From the human T2T-CHM13v2.0 reference genome, Homo sapiens, in NCBI RefSeq assembly GCF_009914755.1, contig NC_060925.1: 64,000 bases of DNA; one strand, given 5' to 3'. Numbering within the stretch: position 1 is the stretch's first letter; each line of letters starts with the position of its first letter. Under the pieces are notes generated by a model. It was given only the letters and a program-made list of their open reading frames with translations, ran no database searches and had not been told where the DNA came from. Made by a program: the position numbers and the translations under genes. Below are positions 16,156-28,649 of this stretch, in pieces.

Positions 16156-17619
16156 GTAAGAAATGCTCTTCTAGCAGTAGGTCAGGTAGCCAGCCAGGAC
16201 TCTGAAATCCAAATCATTGAATTCTAGCCAAAAACAACTATAATTTGTTTTTCTTTTGATTTAGAATGTGCCTTCTTTGGATTTGAGATACCTGTATAGG
16301 GATAATTCAAAACTCTTCAAAAATAAGAAAAAAAGGTTTTAGTTCTTCCCAAGTCATTTCTGCCACCTCCCAGAGACTACTGTGTTATCCTTGCTGTTGC
16401 ACTGTTCTCAGCCCCAAGGGGCTACAAGGTGGGCATGGTGGGTGGGCGGAGGCAGGCTTACGGCAGTTCCCATTCCCTGTTTGTGAGGTGCGGCTCCCCT
16501 TTGCCAGTGTATGCTCAGCTTCCGCTGCCCTCTAGCACACAGAGCCCTTTGTTTCCAAACCCGCTGGCCACTGGGTTATTTTGGTGTTCAGAGAACTTGC
16601 TGCCTCCTCAGTGAACTCTCTAGCTGAAAACAGGCTGACTTAGAATATTGAGGGAGCAGGTATTAGTTACTGGTGGTGGGTGGTTGGCAACCAAATGTCA
16701 TTCAGGACCCTCTCCAGGGGCCGTTAGGAAGGCTCAAATCACAAGGCCCTGGGGCGGACCCCACACTGGCTTCAGGTCCCCCAGAGTCGTCGTTGCTGGT
16801 GTGTTGCTTACTGACTGTTCTGTGGAGCAGCTGCAGCCAGGGGTTTCCACAAGCCCATTGAATCTTGCAGCAAATGCAGATTCTCACACCAACAAAATTC
16901 TCTCATAGGAAATCCTTCTATTCTCATATTTGGTAGTTTTCACATTTTCTCCTTTCCACGGTGAGGTTTTGGGTTTGTGATCTTCACATAAAATGTGCCA
17001 GGGAGTAAGGGTACAATAAAGTAAAGCACCTGGTTGCTCTCGCCTCAGGCAGGGACCAGACCAGACACTCAACAGAGTCTGCAGAGGAGGCTGGAGATGA
17101 AAGGGCTTCCCCATTCCCCAGGCTGGGCATAGGGGAAGAGGAGCAGGGCTGGGGGCTGGGGAGGGTCCAGTTCCTCCGTCTACCCTCCACAGGGCTCCCT
17201 TTTTGTTTGTACACTGCACCATTTATGCCACCCAGATTTCAGGGCCGGGGCAAGGTTAGGGAGAGGGGAGGCCATGTGAGCAGGGAGGCTGTTTTCACCT
17301 GGGTCCATGAGTTCTGCACAGGGGCTACTCTATAAGGCAGAATTGAGTCCCAGCTCACCTCCCGTTCATTTGTTGTGAGTTCTTACCAATTCCCGGTTGC
17401 TAGATGAGCTAGTTCACTCATCCTCAGAAAAGCCCAGATGGAAGTTCCTCCTCAGCCTTTACAACTGAAGGGTCTCCTCTGGGTGTCTTGCGGGGCCTCT
17501 CCTGACACCTCTCCCTGCATGGTCAGGAGGCTGTGCTCCCAGATCCTGGAGCAGCTTCTGCAGTTTATCCACTGTCACTGTCTTTCCTCCACTTGACTGT
17601 TGACGGCAGAAACGCTCCA

Positions 17620-18850
17620 GCAAAGCTGGAAGAGAAAGAGCATCTCAGGCCAAGGGCACAGCATGCATGAGGTCACATGGGCAGGGGTGTGACTTGCAGG
17701 AAGTTCCCTTGATGGAAGCCTGAGATGCAGGTGCAGGGAGGGTCATGTCACAAAGGTCCTGATCTGCAATGATGATAGGTTTGATCTTTCTCCAGAGGCA
17801 CTGGGGTGCCGTAGATGGATTTTGAGCCGAGAAACACCATCTTTGTGTTTGCGCTTTACAAAGGTCCCCTTAGCTGTGGAGTGGAGGAGGGACTGAGGTG
17901 GGGCGGGGTGGGGGGGGTGGTCAGGGAGGTTAAATGCAGAAAGCTAATGAGGTTATTGGGGTCTAGAAGAAAGAGGCTGAGACTTGAGCTGTGGCATCAG
18001 CGGTGGAAACAGAGAGGAAAGGAAGGCATGAGCGGTATTGAGGAAACTGAACCAGAGGTGATTGAGACTGTACTGGGCACTTTGCCAGTCCTTGACCATA
18101 AGAATGGCCCTGCTCTCTAGGAGCCTAATCTAATGGGAAATTCAGACGAGAAAACATTTATAGAATATGTTAAATAGTACAATAGGGTAAGTGTGGAATA
18201 AAATGGGAGCACACAAGAGGGGAACCTAACTTACTCTTGGAAAGTCCAGAAAAATTAGGGCCACTGGAGGTAAAGAATACAGGGGGAAGAGGAGGTTCTA
18301 GTATGAAGATAATGAATTTGATTCAGGATAAATTGAGTCTGACATACTGTAGGACATCCACGGCCTTGTCAATAACTGATGTGCTTATTCTTCCAGCACC
18401 TAGAGGAAAGTGAGGCTGGAGGTTTTTATTTGGAGGTTGTCAGCATCTAGGAAGGATGCTGAAAGCACAGAGGAATAGGAGATACCCCCAGAAGATCTCA
18501 AGAAGCAGCAATTAAAGAAGTAGGAGAGCTAAAAGAAAGATCATGGAAGCCAAGGGAGGAAAATGTTTCGAGAAAAGAGGAGTGGACAAGGGATCTAATG
18601 CTATGCTGAAGTCAAGCAAGACCTGGAATGTTTCCATGGCATTTAACATTCAGGAGGTCACATGAAGTGACTTCAGAGAGAGCTGTTTCAAAAGAGTGTT
18701 GGGATCTGGATGTTTGTGGGTGGTTGAAGAATGAGTTGGGGTATGGAAATACAGATGATGGGTGTAGACAAGCCAAGAAGCTCGGCCATGAAAACAGTAA
18801 GAGACGGCAGTGGCTGGATGGGGATGGAGGGGTGCAGAATGGTTTGTTTC
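17620..18850 (-). mobile_element. Degraded L2 fragments
   Basis: Purine-rich L2-like blocks (gagcatctcaggccaagggcacagc, ggaagccaagggagg, ggaggtcacatgaagtgacttcagagagagctgtttca); boundaries approximate. Confidence 0.6.
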
Positions 18851-19308
18851 ATTAATATGAGATTTGTAAATGTTTATATGCAGGGAGGGAAAGCTAGAAG
18901 AAGGCACAGAAGGTGGCTTTGAGTCTTTTTGCCTCATACTCATATTCCCTTGACTTTTGCAATATCTTGGGTTCTGTGGGATGTGGAGGGGAGGATATAA
19001 GACAGTTCCTTGACATTAGAAGACCTTATTCTCATTTTATCTTTTTCACTGACCAGACTACAAGGCCCTTTATGGAGGGACTGTGTCTTCTTCGCTATTA
19101 TGTCTATTAAGATCTATTCCAGGGACCAGCACTTACTAGATGCTCAGTTAGTGTTTGCGAATGCATCTGTAAAATTATAACAAAGTAGTGAGTAACTATC
19201 TTAAAAGAGCTGTTTGCTGAGATGTCATAATAATAGTAGGGCTTGCTTTAAGCTCTACCCAGTTCTCCATTATTTGGAAGTAATTTACTCAAATCCCTTT
19301 CTCACCAG

Positions 19309-19495
19309 GCAGTGCTGCTCGTCTTGATTTTTGTTCTCAGAAAGAGAATAAAATTGACAGTTGAGCTTTTCCAAATCACAAATAAAGCCATCAGCAGTGC
19401 TCCCTTCCTGCTGTTCCAGCCACTGTGGACATTTGCCATCCTCATTTTCTTCTGGGTCCTCTGGGTGGCTGTGCTGCTGAGCCTGGGAACTGCAG
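19309..19495 (+). CDS. SLC44A3: SLC44A3 coding exon (probably exon 9), 187 nt, phase 0 to 1
   Basis: tcaccag|GCAGTG ... ACTGCAG|gtaagg; AVLLVLIFVLRKRIKLTVELFQITNKAISSAPFLLFQPLWTFAILIFFWVLWVAVLLSLGTA(G); conserved 'LRKRI' motif of the plasma-membrane choline transporter domain. Confidence 0.97.
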
Positions 19496-19897
19496 GTAAG
19501 GGACAGTGGGTGTGGGTTCCATCACCTTGGAGTCATACACAGAAGACCATTTTGGAACCACTGGCCTGTTTCTGTAGGCACCTAACCCCTCATTGAGCCA
19601 GAGGTGTCTGATGACAGCAGCGTTGGTGCTTGGGGCTCTGTCATGGGGAAAAGTGGGAAGTTCTTTTACCTCTTCTATATTGGTTTTAAAGAAGCTGGGT
19701 TTGTGTTTCATGAGAGAATAAATTCAGTAAGGACTGAAAGCTCTAGGAAAAACTACAATATGAACAAAGGCCAACAGCAAGAATATTACCAGATGTCTCC
19801 AGGTATGAGTTTTATCCAAGGTAATTTGCCAACCCCTATCAAATCAGTAGGTGACAAAGAAGAACCCAGGAAAGACTCTATTAAAAATATATTGTGC

Positions 19898-20233
<336 letters not shown>

Positions 20234-20319
20234 TCATAGTTCACATGCCTTGGTCCTGAAAAGACAAGATTCTCTCCTCCATCCTTTTTTCATATCCACA
20301 CAGTGGTTCTTCACCAGGG

Positions 20320-20440
20320 CTATTTCTCAGAATCAGCTTTGGTGCTTTATTAAAATACAGTTATCTGGGTGCCAGCCTCAGAGATTGATTCACGTGGTTT
20401 GCGGTGGGACCTAGTATATGTTCTTGTAAAGCTCCGTAAC
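20320..20440. mobile_element. MER5A-like hAT fragment
   Basis: cagtggttcttca...tcagaatcagctttggtgctttattaaaatacag...gagattgattc. Confidence 0.6.
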
Positions 20441-21139
20441 AGGGCAAGCATATTCTAAAGCAGCACTATTCAGAGTGCAGTCTGAAGCCAGATAAGGAGC
20501 TTAGCTAGAATGGACGTCATTCCATTGCTTCCTTCATTGAGAAAGTTTTGCTATGGAAGAAACTGTCAGCTGAGAAACGATGTGCTTAGTGATGCAGTTG
20601 ATCTACATTCTGGCACAAGCTTTTTATCTTACTAACAATGTGAGGTTAGACAGCTTTTCTGTGGACCACACTTTGAGTGGCACTGTCCAGATCTTTTCTA
20701 ACTCCTCTGTTTGATTTTCTTAAGGCCCAAATTCAGTACACATGGATGCAAGTACAAAAGAGTAAGTGGCTTCCTGATACTGTCACCAGACTGATAAGGA
20801 CCACAGCTGATGTCAAATCAGCAAGGCTGATGCAGTTCCTTAATGTTTTCTCAAGTTTATCTTGTCCCTTACTGGCTCCAGTCATATAAGTAAGAACAGC
20901 TGCCATGTAATAGATTCTTAGTAAACTCAGTCCCCTTCCTTCTCCTCTGGAGCTAACTGAGGCCACAGTGCCAAGATCGTCAGCAGGCTGCCTGGAAGGC
21001 ATGGCCCTTGGAGGCCTATGTTTCCACCTTCAGAGGTGCATAGGGGCAGTCTTCTACTAGGGGCTCCCTGGAAGCTCGCTGAAGGCCTGCAGTGAACTTC
21101 TGATAATTACCCAGGGAGGAACATTGGTCAAAAGGGTAT

Positions 21140-21560
21140 AATCCATCAGAATGAGGTTTGTCTGGAAGTGAAAGAAAACTCAAAACAACAGTGGCTAAAG
21201 TAGGATGTAAGGTAATTTCTCTGTCACACAGATGAAGTCCACATGGAGAGGATCCATGCCAGCCTAGTTCTCTAGCGCTCAAGGACTCAGGCACCCGCTT
21301 TCTTCTTCTGCAGCCTCTGCCCTTGCTTCCACCTCATAGTGAAAGGCTGCTCAGGCTCCCACTGCCATGTCTTATTCCGACCTTGAGGAGGGTGGCAGGG
21401 AGGAAAGCGAGCATGCCCCTCCCAGAAGTCACAGGTGGCGCTTCCACCCACACCTCATCAGCCAGGTCCCAGTTACATAGCAGTGCTTATCTGCAAGGGA
21501 CACCAGGAAATGTAGTTTCATTTTGGGCAGGCACGCACCAATCAGAGGTTCTATAACCAA
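21140..21560. mobile_element. MLT1 (MaLR) solo LTR, MLT1J/K-like
   Basis: aacaacagtggctaaag...tctctgtcacac...cacctcatcagccag...ctgcaagggacaccaggaaatgtagttt. Confidence 0.65.
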
Positions 21561-21954
21561 GAAAAGAGGGGAGAATAGATATCGTGAGACAGGTGAAGTC
21601 TCAGCATTGGATGGCCTTCCTCTAGCGAGCTTGAAGTGGGCTCAGCCCTGGTCAGAAGGGAGGGCAGTGGCCCCGGTGCATGAAGGGAAACAAGCCTTTG
21701 TTGAAAATGTCCTAGATTCTAATCTCTGTACTGGATGCTTTCTTATGTTCTGTCCCCCAGGCATCACAGTCCCCGTGTGATGTGGGTATTGTTATGTTCA
21801 AGTTACAGGCAGGAAAATTGAGATTCTGAGGAAGTCATGTGCCGGAGGTCATACAGCTGGGAGGCATGACGTGCTGTGACTCTAGAGCTTTGGAATGGAG
21901 CCTGTGCTCTTTCCACTACCTTACACCTCCCTTGCATCTGGGATCCAAAGCTAG

Positions 21955-22309
<355 letters not shown>

Positions 22310-22654
22310 TCAGGGACCACAGCAGTTGGCTGGTGGATGTGGGCTGTGCCCATAATGTGTCTGGGGCTGGAGGTTGACAGCTAGAGCCAGCTGGGGATGA
22401 GGTGTGATGGAGGTGGTGGCAGTGGCCCTGGGCAGCAGCACTGTAGGGCTTGAACCCTAGCCTCTAGAGAATCATCAGAGAAACAGTGAGGTCTTAGGAA
22501 ATATGGCTCAGGACCAGTGAAGGACCCTCCTCTTCCCACCTCCTTAGGTGCAGCTGGCCCAGCCAGGGGGCCCCTTGTTGGCTGTGAATCTGGATAAGGG
22601 GAACTGTGTCTGTGGCTAGACCCCATGATGTTTTGGAGCAGGGATGGTTTTAAT

Positions 22655-23260
22655 TTAATTCAGAAGTATTTGGTGGGCACTGTGGGGATGAGGCGCTGAG
22701 CACGGCACTAGGGAGAGGTAGGGAACAGGATTGAGGTCGACTCTCTGCCCTCAGTACTTATAGTCAAGCAGGATGGTCCAACAATGAAACGTGTGATCGC
22801 AGTGAAGATTGATGGATGTGATGATCAGAGAAATCTGGGGAGCTATGGGAACACCAGAACAAGGCCGTAACCCATGCTGTGAGTCAGGGAGGGCTTCTTA
22901 GAGGGCAGGCTGGAAATCGCCAGGTCAGAAAATACAGAAAGAGGCAAAGGGGGATGCAGCAGAAGTCAAGGCAGCACAAGGAGAGGACCTGGCCACAGAG
23001 GTCAAGGGAAGAGCCCAGGCCAGTGAGGTCAGAAAGGAGCAAGCCCCAAGGCTGACTTGGGCATGAACTGCCAGCCTGTGCCCCTTAACTGCCAGCCTGT
23101 GCCCCTGACTAGGTCTAGGTTGGGCCCAGGGCTTAGTAGCCTCCACTGCAAGAGAGACCTGGAGGTTATTCTTCAGGGCTGAAGGTAGCGTGTCATTCTG
23201 CAGCCACCTCTCAGGATCACACAGTGAAGTGTGACGATTCACTGTTAGTGCAAGCAGCAA
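22655..23260 (-). mobile_element. L2 fragment
   Basis: aagtatttggtgggcactgtg...tgccctcagtacttatagtc...gagtcagggagggcttcttagag. Confidence 0.55.
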
Positions 23261-23767
23261 ACAGCGAGAACAGTAGAGGGGCCAGAAAGGAAACTGGGTG
23301 CCCCGGACCTATGGGAGGCATCTATGAGCAGGTCGATTTTAGGCTTCTCAGGAGAGAAGGTGCTACGCAGAGCCACCACCCCCCTTCCCCACCCCGCTGG
23401 GGTCAGGCATCATAGAAACCAAATCACCCGTCCCCTCCTTCCACCTGCCTGTGGCCGACCCAGGTGCACAGGGTCCCCTTTGTTCTCAGAGGCCTTTTCA
23501 CCAGTGCCAGAGAGCCTGGCTCTGCGGCTGGGCAGATCAGCAGCTGAATCACTTTTTGATCTTCAGAAGATGCCCCAGCTAACACTTGAGAGGGACTCTG
23601 AGCCGCTTTCACCTCTTATGAAGAGGCGCCAGGTGATCGGGTGGCGAGCCCGCTGCACAGTGCCCGATTGTCTCATTCCACGTCCCACAGGCAGCTTCAG
23701 CGGGGACAGACACACTCTTCAGTTAGCGCCCAGTTTTGTGTGTGGGCGTCCTCAGTACATAAATAGT

Positions 23768-24068
23768 TGTTTGTTTGTTTTTGTGTTTTGTTTTTTGTTG
23801 GTTTTTGTTTGTTTGTTTTTCTTGAGACAGGGCCTCAATCTGTTGCTCAGACTCAAGTGTAGCATCAACCTCCCGGGCTCAAGCAATCCTCCCACCTCAG
23901 CCTCCCCAGTAGCTGGGGCTGCACATGCCACTATGCCTAGCTAATTTTTGTATTTTTTTGTAGAGACAGGATTTTGCCGTGTTGCCCAGGTTGGTCTAGA
24001 AATCCTGGGCTCAAGCAATCCACCTGCTTTGGCCTCCCAAGGTTTTGGGATTATAGGCGTGAGCCACC
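23768..24068 (-). mobile_element. AluJ with internal deletion and (TTTG)-rich tail
   Basis: TSD aaatagttgt (23761-23770; 24070-24079). Confidence 0.9.
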
Positions 24069-26116
24069 CAAATAGTTGTGTCAGATGGTTGAATGAATAC
24101 TATTTTTTACTGCATTAAAAAAAATAGGAGTGAACTTGGGTTGATCATTTTTGCCCAGATGTGCTATTTTTCTAATGACTGTTAATCATTCTTTTGACTA
24201 GTTGACAAATTCTGACTTGTTTGGGGATTTTTTTTCAGCAGGTCATATCAAGCCCCCATCTTGCACCACCCAACAATGACATTTAGTAGTCCATTGGGAT
24301 TTGTCTGGTACCAGCAATAAGACAGTAATTACTAAAATCCAATAGGAAAAAGTGAAAACTGTGGTAACCTTGGTAATCTGGTAGGTTGGAAAGAGCTCAG
24401 ATGACCTGGTCACCTCCAGTGTTCATTAAGGTGGTCTGGAAGCTCCAGAGTCTGTACAATAGAAGAGAACCATATTGGATTTTGGCAGGGAGTGGACTTC
24501 CCGCGAGGTCTGTGCTGCAGTTAGAAGATTTAATCACAGGACTGCACACAGCATACACCGTGTACTTGGGATACACAAAGGGGTGAGCTTGGAAAGGAGG
24601 CAGCAGGGTCAGACAGAGAGTTTTCCATAGGTTTCCCATCAAATGACCTGGAACCCAGGCTGGCTCTGCCTCTGCTTCCTTTTTGCCATTTTTGCAATGG
24701 AAAACTGATGTAAGGTTGCCTCACAAGGATGTTAGGAGGCTGAGATGAGACAAGAGCTTTGCTTTGCAAATAAGGGACCATATGTATTTTTTATGTTAGG
24801 AATTAATGTTGACCAAGGAACATCTAGTACCTTCAGCTCTGTAGTTTATTCTTTGCTTTCTCTGGCACATTCAATAACACAATTTAGAAGAAAATTGTCT
24901 TTTTTTTAAGTTTTCAGAGATCTAGAAGATAATTGAAGTTATTTTGCAAAAGCCTGCTAGTGGCCCAGTCTTGTTCTAGGAAAAGAGTAAAGGGAGGTTG
25001 CACGGGAGAGAGTTGAAACAGCTCCTGCATTTCAGAAGTTCCTGGTCCCTTTGGGAAGGTGCAAAGGAAAGCAGTCTCCATGCACATCCCCATACCTTTG
25101 CTCCTGCTGGGATCTTCCTCTAGAATCCCCTCCCCTGCCCAACTCTCACCCCAACTCTCCCCCTAAACTGCTTCCCCAAACTAGTCATTCTTCAAGATTG
25201 GTTTGAGTATTATTATTCTTGGAAAATCTCCTATAAATTTCTCAGCCATACTTAGATATTTCTCCTCCATTTTTTTCCTTGCATATTTTATATTCTTCAT
25301 TCTTTCAACAACTATTTATCTCATGCCTGCCCTGTCAGCCCTGGAGTCACACTACATGCCCTGGGTACTTGAGATACAGCAGTGAACAAGACAGCAGTTC
25401 TGCTCTCCAGGCCTGACATTCTACTGGGTGGGCATAGAGGCAGTGAATAAGGAAATATGCATCCCTTAGTGATAAATGCTATGAACAATAAAGCAAGATG
25501 TATTGTCATCCCACAAGAGGAAGAACACGTGAGGGCCAGGACCATGCCTTTTTCTTTCTGTGTCTCTTAGCTCAGTTCCCTACCTGAATGGATTCAGTTA
25601 GGGGTGCTGACCCAGGGAATAACATCACATCAGTGTCATGGTTGTGAAATGAGATGGATACATGAAGAACTCATATATTGCAGGCTGCCTGTCAATGAGA
25701 TTTTCCTCTCTTTTTTCCTAATCCTCATGCTGCCAGAGCCGAAGCTGAAGCCAGTGGGAGACACAGGCAGGATGAATGTCAGCAGGCTGGGGCTGGCAGG
25801 ACTCTTGGGCCAGTTTGCTGGACAAGGCCAAGTGCACAGAATGTGCTGGAAAGTAGAACCCCTCCAAATTAGGCCTGCTTCCCTTGGGGAATTATCCTGA
25901 CCAGCTGGACTGCCTTCCATAAGGAACTGCCATCTATAACAATCATTATATCACCTTAGTCTTTTGAAATGCTTTAAAGCTTGCTAATAATATCCAGACT
26001 TACAGCTAACTGCACTATGAATATCTTTCAGATTATTTTGATGCTCTCAAGGAAGATCTCTAGAAAATTGTCTCCAAATCTCTTTAATAGAATATATTAC
26101 TTGAGGAAGATATATC

Positions 26117-27800
26117 CATTCATTCATTCAATCAACAAATATTTATTGAATATTTACTGTGTGTCAGACCCTATTAAAAATGCTGGAGATACAGCTTTTC
26201 TTCCAATTTGGAGGGTAGAAGGAGACAGGCTTTAAATAAAGTAAGTCAGTCAATGTTATAGTACTTTAAAAGTTGATAAGTGGCATGGAGAAAAATTAAG
26301 CAGAAAGGACAAATAGGAAATGCATGAGGGGGCAGGGTGTCATTTTAAATTTGACGATCAGGGGTGCCTCACTGAGAAGGTGATGATGCAGAAAGATTTG
26401 AAGTAGGTGAGTGCAGAGCCATAAGACCATCTAAAGCAAGGGGAAACATCCCAGGCACAGAGGCTGGCAAGAGGCTGGAGTTCTAGGGCACAGCAAGGGA
26501 AGCCTATTCAGCGAGAGTGGAGTGGGCGAGGGAGAGCTTGGTTCAGAGGGGAGTCAGGGTGCACACAGTCAGATCCTGGGGCCTTTCTGGCCTTTGTAGG
26601 AACTTTGGCTTCTAACCTGAATTGGGAAGAAGTCTTTACAGGATTTTAAGCAGAATAAAATCTTGACCTGACTACATTTTAATAGCAGTGATTCAGTAAG
26701 AAGAGGATGGTGGCTTGGAATAGGTCATAATGTTGGAAGTGGCATGACATATTAGATTCTGCATCTATTTTGAAGGTAGAGCAAATTGGATTTTCTGGTT
26801 ACATGAAAGAAAGAGGAGTTGGAGAAGACTCTGAGGGATTTTGGCCTGAGCAACTGGAAGATAACTTTGCCATAAACTGATATATGGGGCAAGAATTTGA
26901 GTATAGCATTTTAGGGGTAGATCAGAAATTAATTTTTAGTTGCTTTAATTGAAATGTCTTTTAGACCACCAGATGGAGATGTCAAGTAGGCAGTTAGCTA
27001 TCTGAGTCTGAAGTTAGTGGAGGAGGTCCTGGCTGGGATTCACATTTAGGAACTTGGGAACATATTAATAGTATTTAAAACCATGAGATTAGAATGAATG
27101 TAGATAGAGAAGGGAAGAAATCCAAGGACTGTGCTTTGAGGCACTTCAGGATGCCCGGGAGATGAGGGAGAACAAACAGAGAAGACTGAAAGGGAGTGAC
27201 CAGTGGGTCGAAGGAGAAGGGGTGGAGTGTGGGGCCCTGGAATGCAGGTGAAGGGTTTCACAGAGATGTGCGCGGTCCAGTGTGGCAAGTGCTGCCGCTA
27301 AAGGAAGAACTGAGGATTGACCACTGAATAATCATGATTGGAGTAGGTGAAGAGAAAGTGGGAGGAAAAGAATTGGAAAGAGTAAGTATAGACAATCTTG
27401 AGGAATTTCACTGTTAAAAGGAACAGAAATGGAGAGGAAGCTGGAAGAGGAAAGAGTCCACAGTAGATTTTTCTTAAAGATGGGAGATAGTTGCGAATGA
27501 TTCAATAGAGAGAAAGATTTTGATGAAGAGGGTGAAAATTATTGAAGAGTTATGTTCACACAGGTTAGAAAGAATGGGATCTGGTGAAGTGTGGCCATAG
27601 GATCATGGGCCATTTATTAATATCATGTTCTGGGAGAGGACTCAGATTATGGACCCGTGTTGATAGCAGGTTAGGTGTGAGGTGGTCAGCACTAGCAGAG
27701 GTTTTCTGATTGCATCAGTTTTCTCAGTGAAACAGGAGGTAAGATCATGGGCTGAGAGTGAGGATGGGAAGGAAGCTCTTGAAGGTTGAAGGGGGAATTT
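26117..27800 (-). mobile_element. L2 (L2a/b), long 3' fragment
   Basis: Begins with the L2 tail ttcattcattcaatcaacaaatatttattga; internal ttttggcctgagcaactggaag and ggagatgtcaagtaggcagtt. Confidence 0.85.
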
Positions 27801-28649
27801 ATAAAACAGTTGGGCAGAAGAAGGGGAAACAAATGGACCAATATGGGAGCATGTAAGTTTCTGATAGTAACTCAGATGGTATCCTCTCTCTGATTTTTTT
27901 TTTTTTTGCCTCATTTATTGTTCCGCCTAATAGCTGAGGTCCAGCATAATACCAGCATGGAGTAGATGCTCAATAAATGTTTAAGTTAATTTCAGAATTG
28001 GAATTCTATCTACCTATATCTCATTTATAGCTAACCCTGTGTGGCACTCACTGTAGCTGACCCTATTGCACTTACTATTCTAAGAGCCTTACCTGTTTAT
28101 TATACTTAACTCATAACAGCTATGTGTATTGCACTAAAAGCCACAAGACAGGACGAGATCACCAAGGGTGTGAGAAGTAGGTATTACCATTCTCCGATTT
28201 CAAGTGATGAAGCAGATTTCAAAAAAAGTCCCACTATTTGCAGGAGGTTGCTTAGGGGACAGTGCAGAGATGTGACTCTCAGCCTGTGTGACTCTCAAGC
28301 CCAAGCCAGTAATCACTGTCCCAAGTTCATCTTGCCTACTCTCTTCTTCACCATCAGAGAGCTGTGGCCCACATTGTTTGTCACACATTTCAAAGCTGAG
28401 CCTGGAACCAAGCCTTCTCACAATTCAGTGCTCTTCCCACCACCATCCCCTGAGATCTGTCATATCTTGGGATCTACCCATAGTCTACCTCCCATTAACA
28501 CCCATTAGCTACCCATGATAGTAGCTGTAGTGCCCAGTCCATAGAGACAAAGCAACTGTCATGTGATGAGGGGATCTTGCCTGCATTCACACAGCCATCC
28601 AGGAGAGGGCAGTCATGTGTGCCTAAGCACGTCTACCCCACCCACAGGC

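Noticed and set aside
23324-23944. Longest ORF in the track (206 aa)
   Set aside because: No recognizable domain; it runs from unique GC-rich sequence into an antisense AluJ and its (TTTG) tail, which is typical of a chance ORF
26965-26982. CTCF-like GACCACCAGATGGAG
   Set aside because: Lacks the conserved GGC core and lies in ordinary L2 sequence
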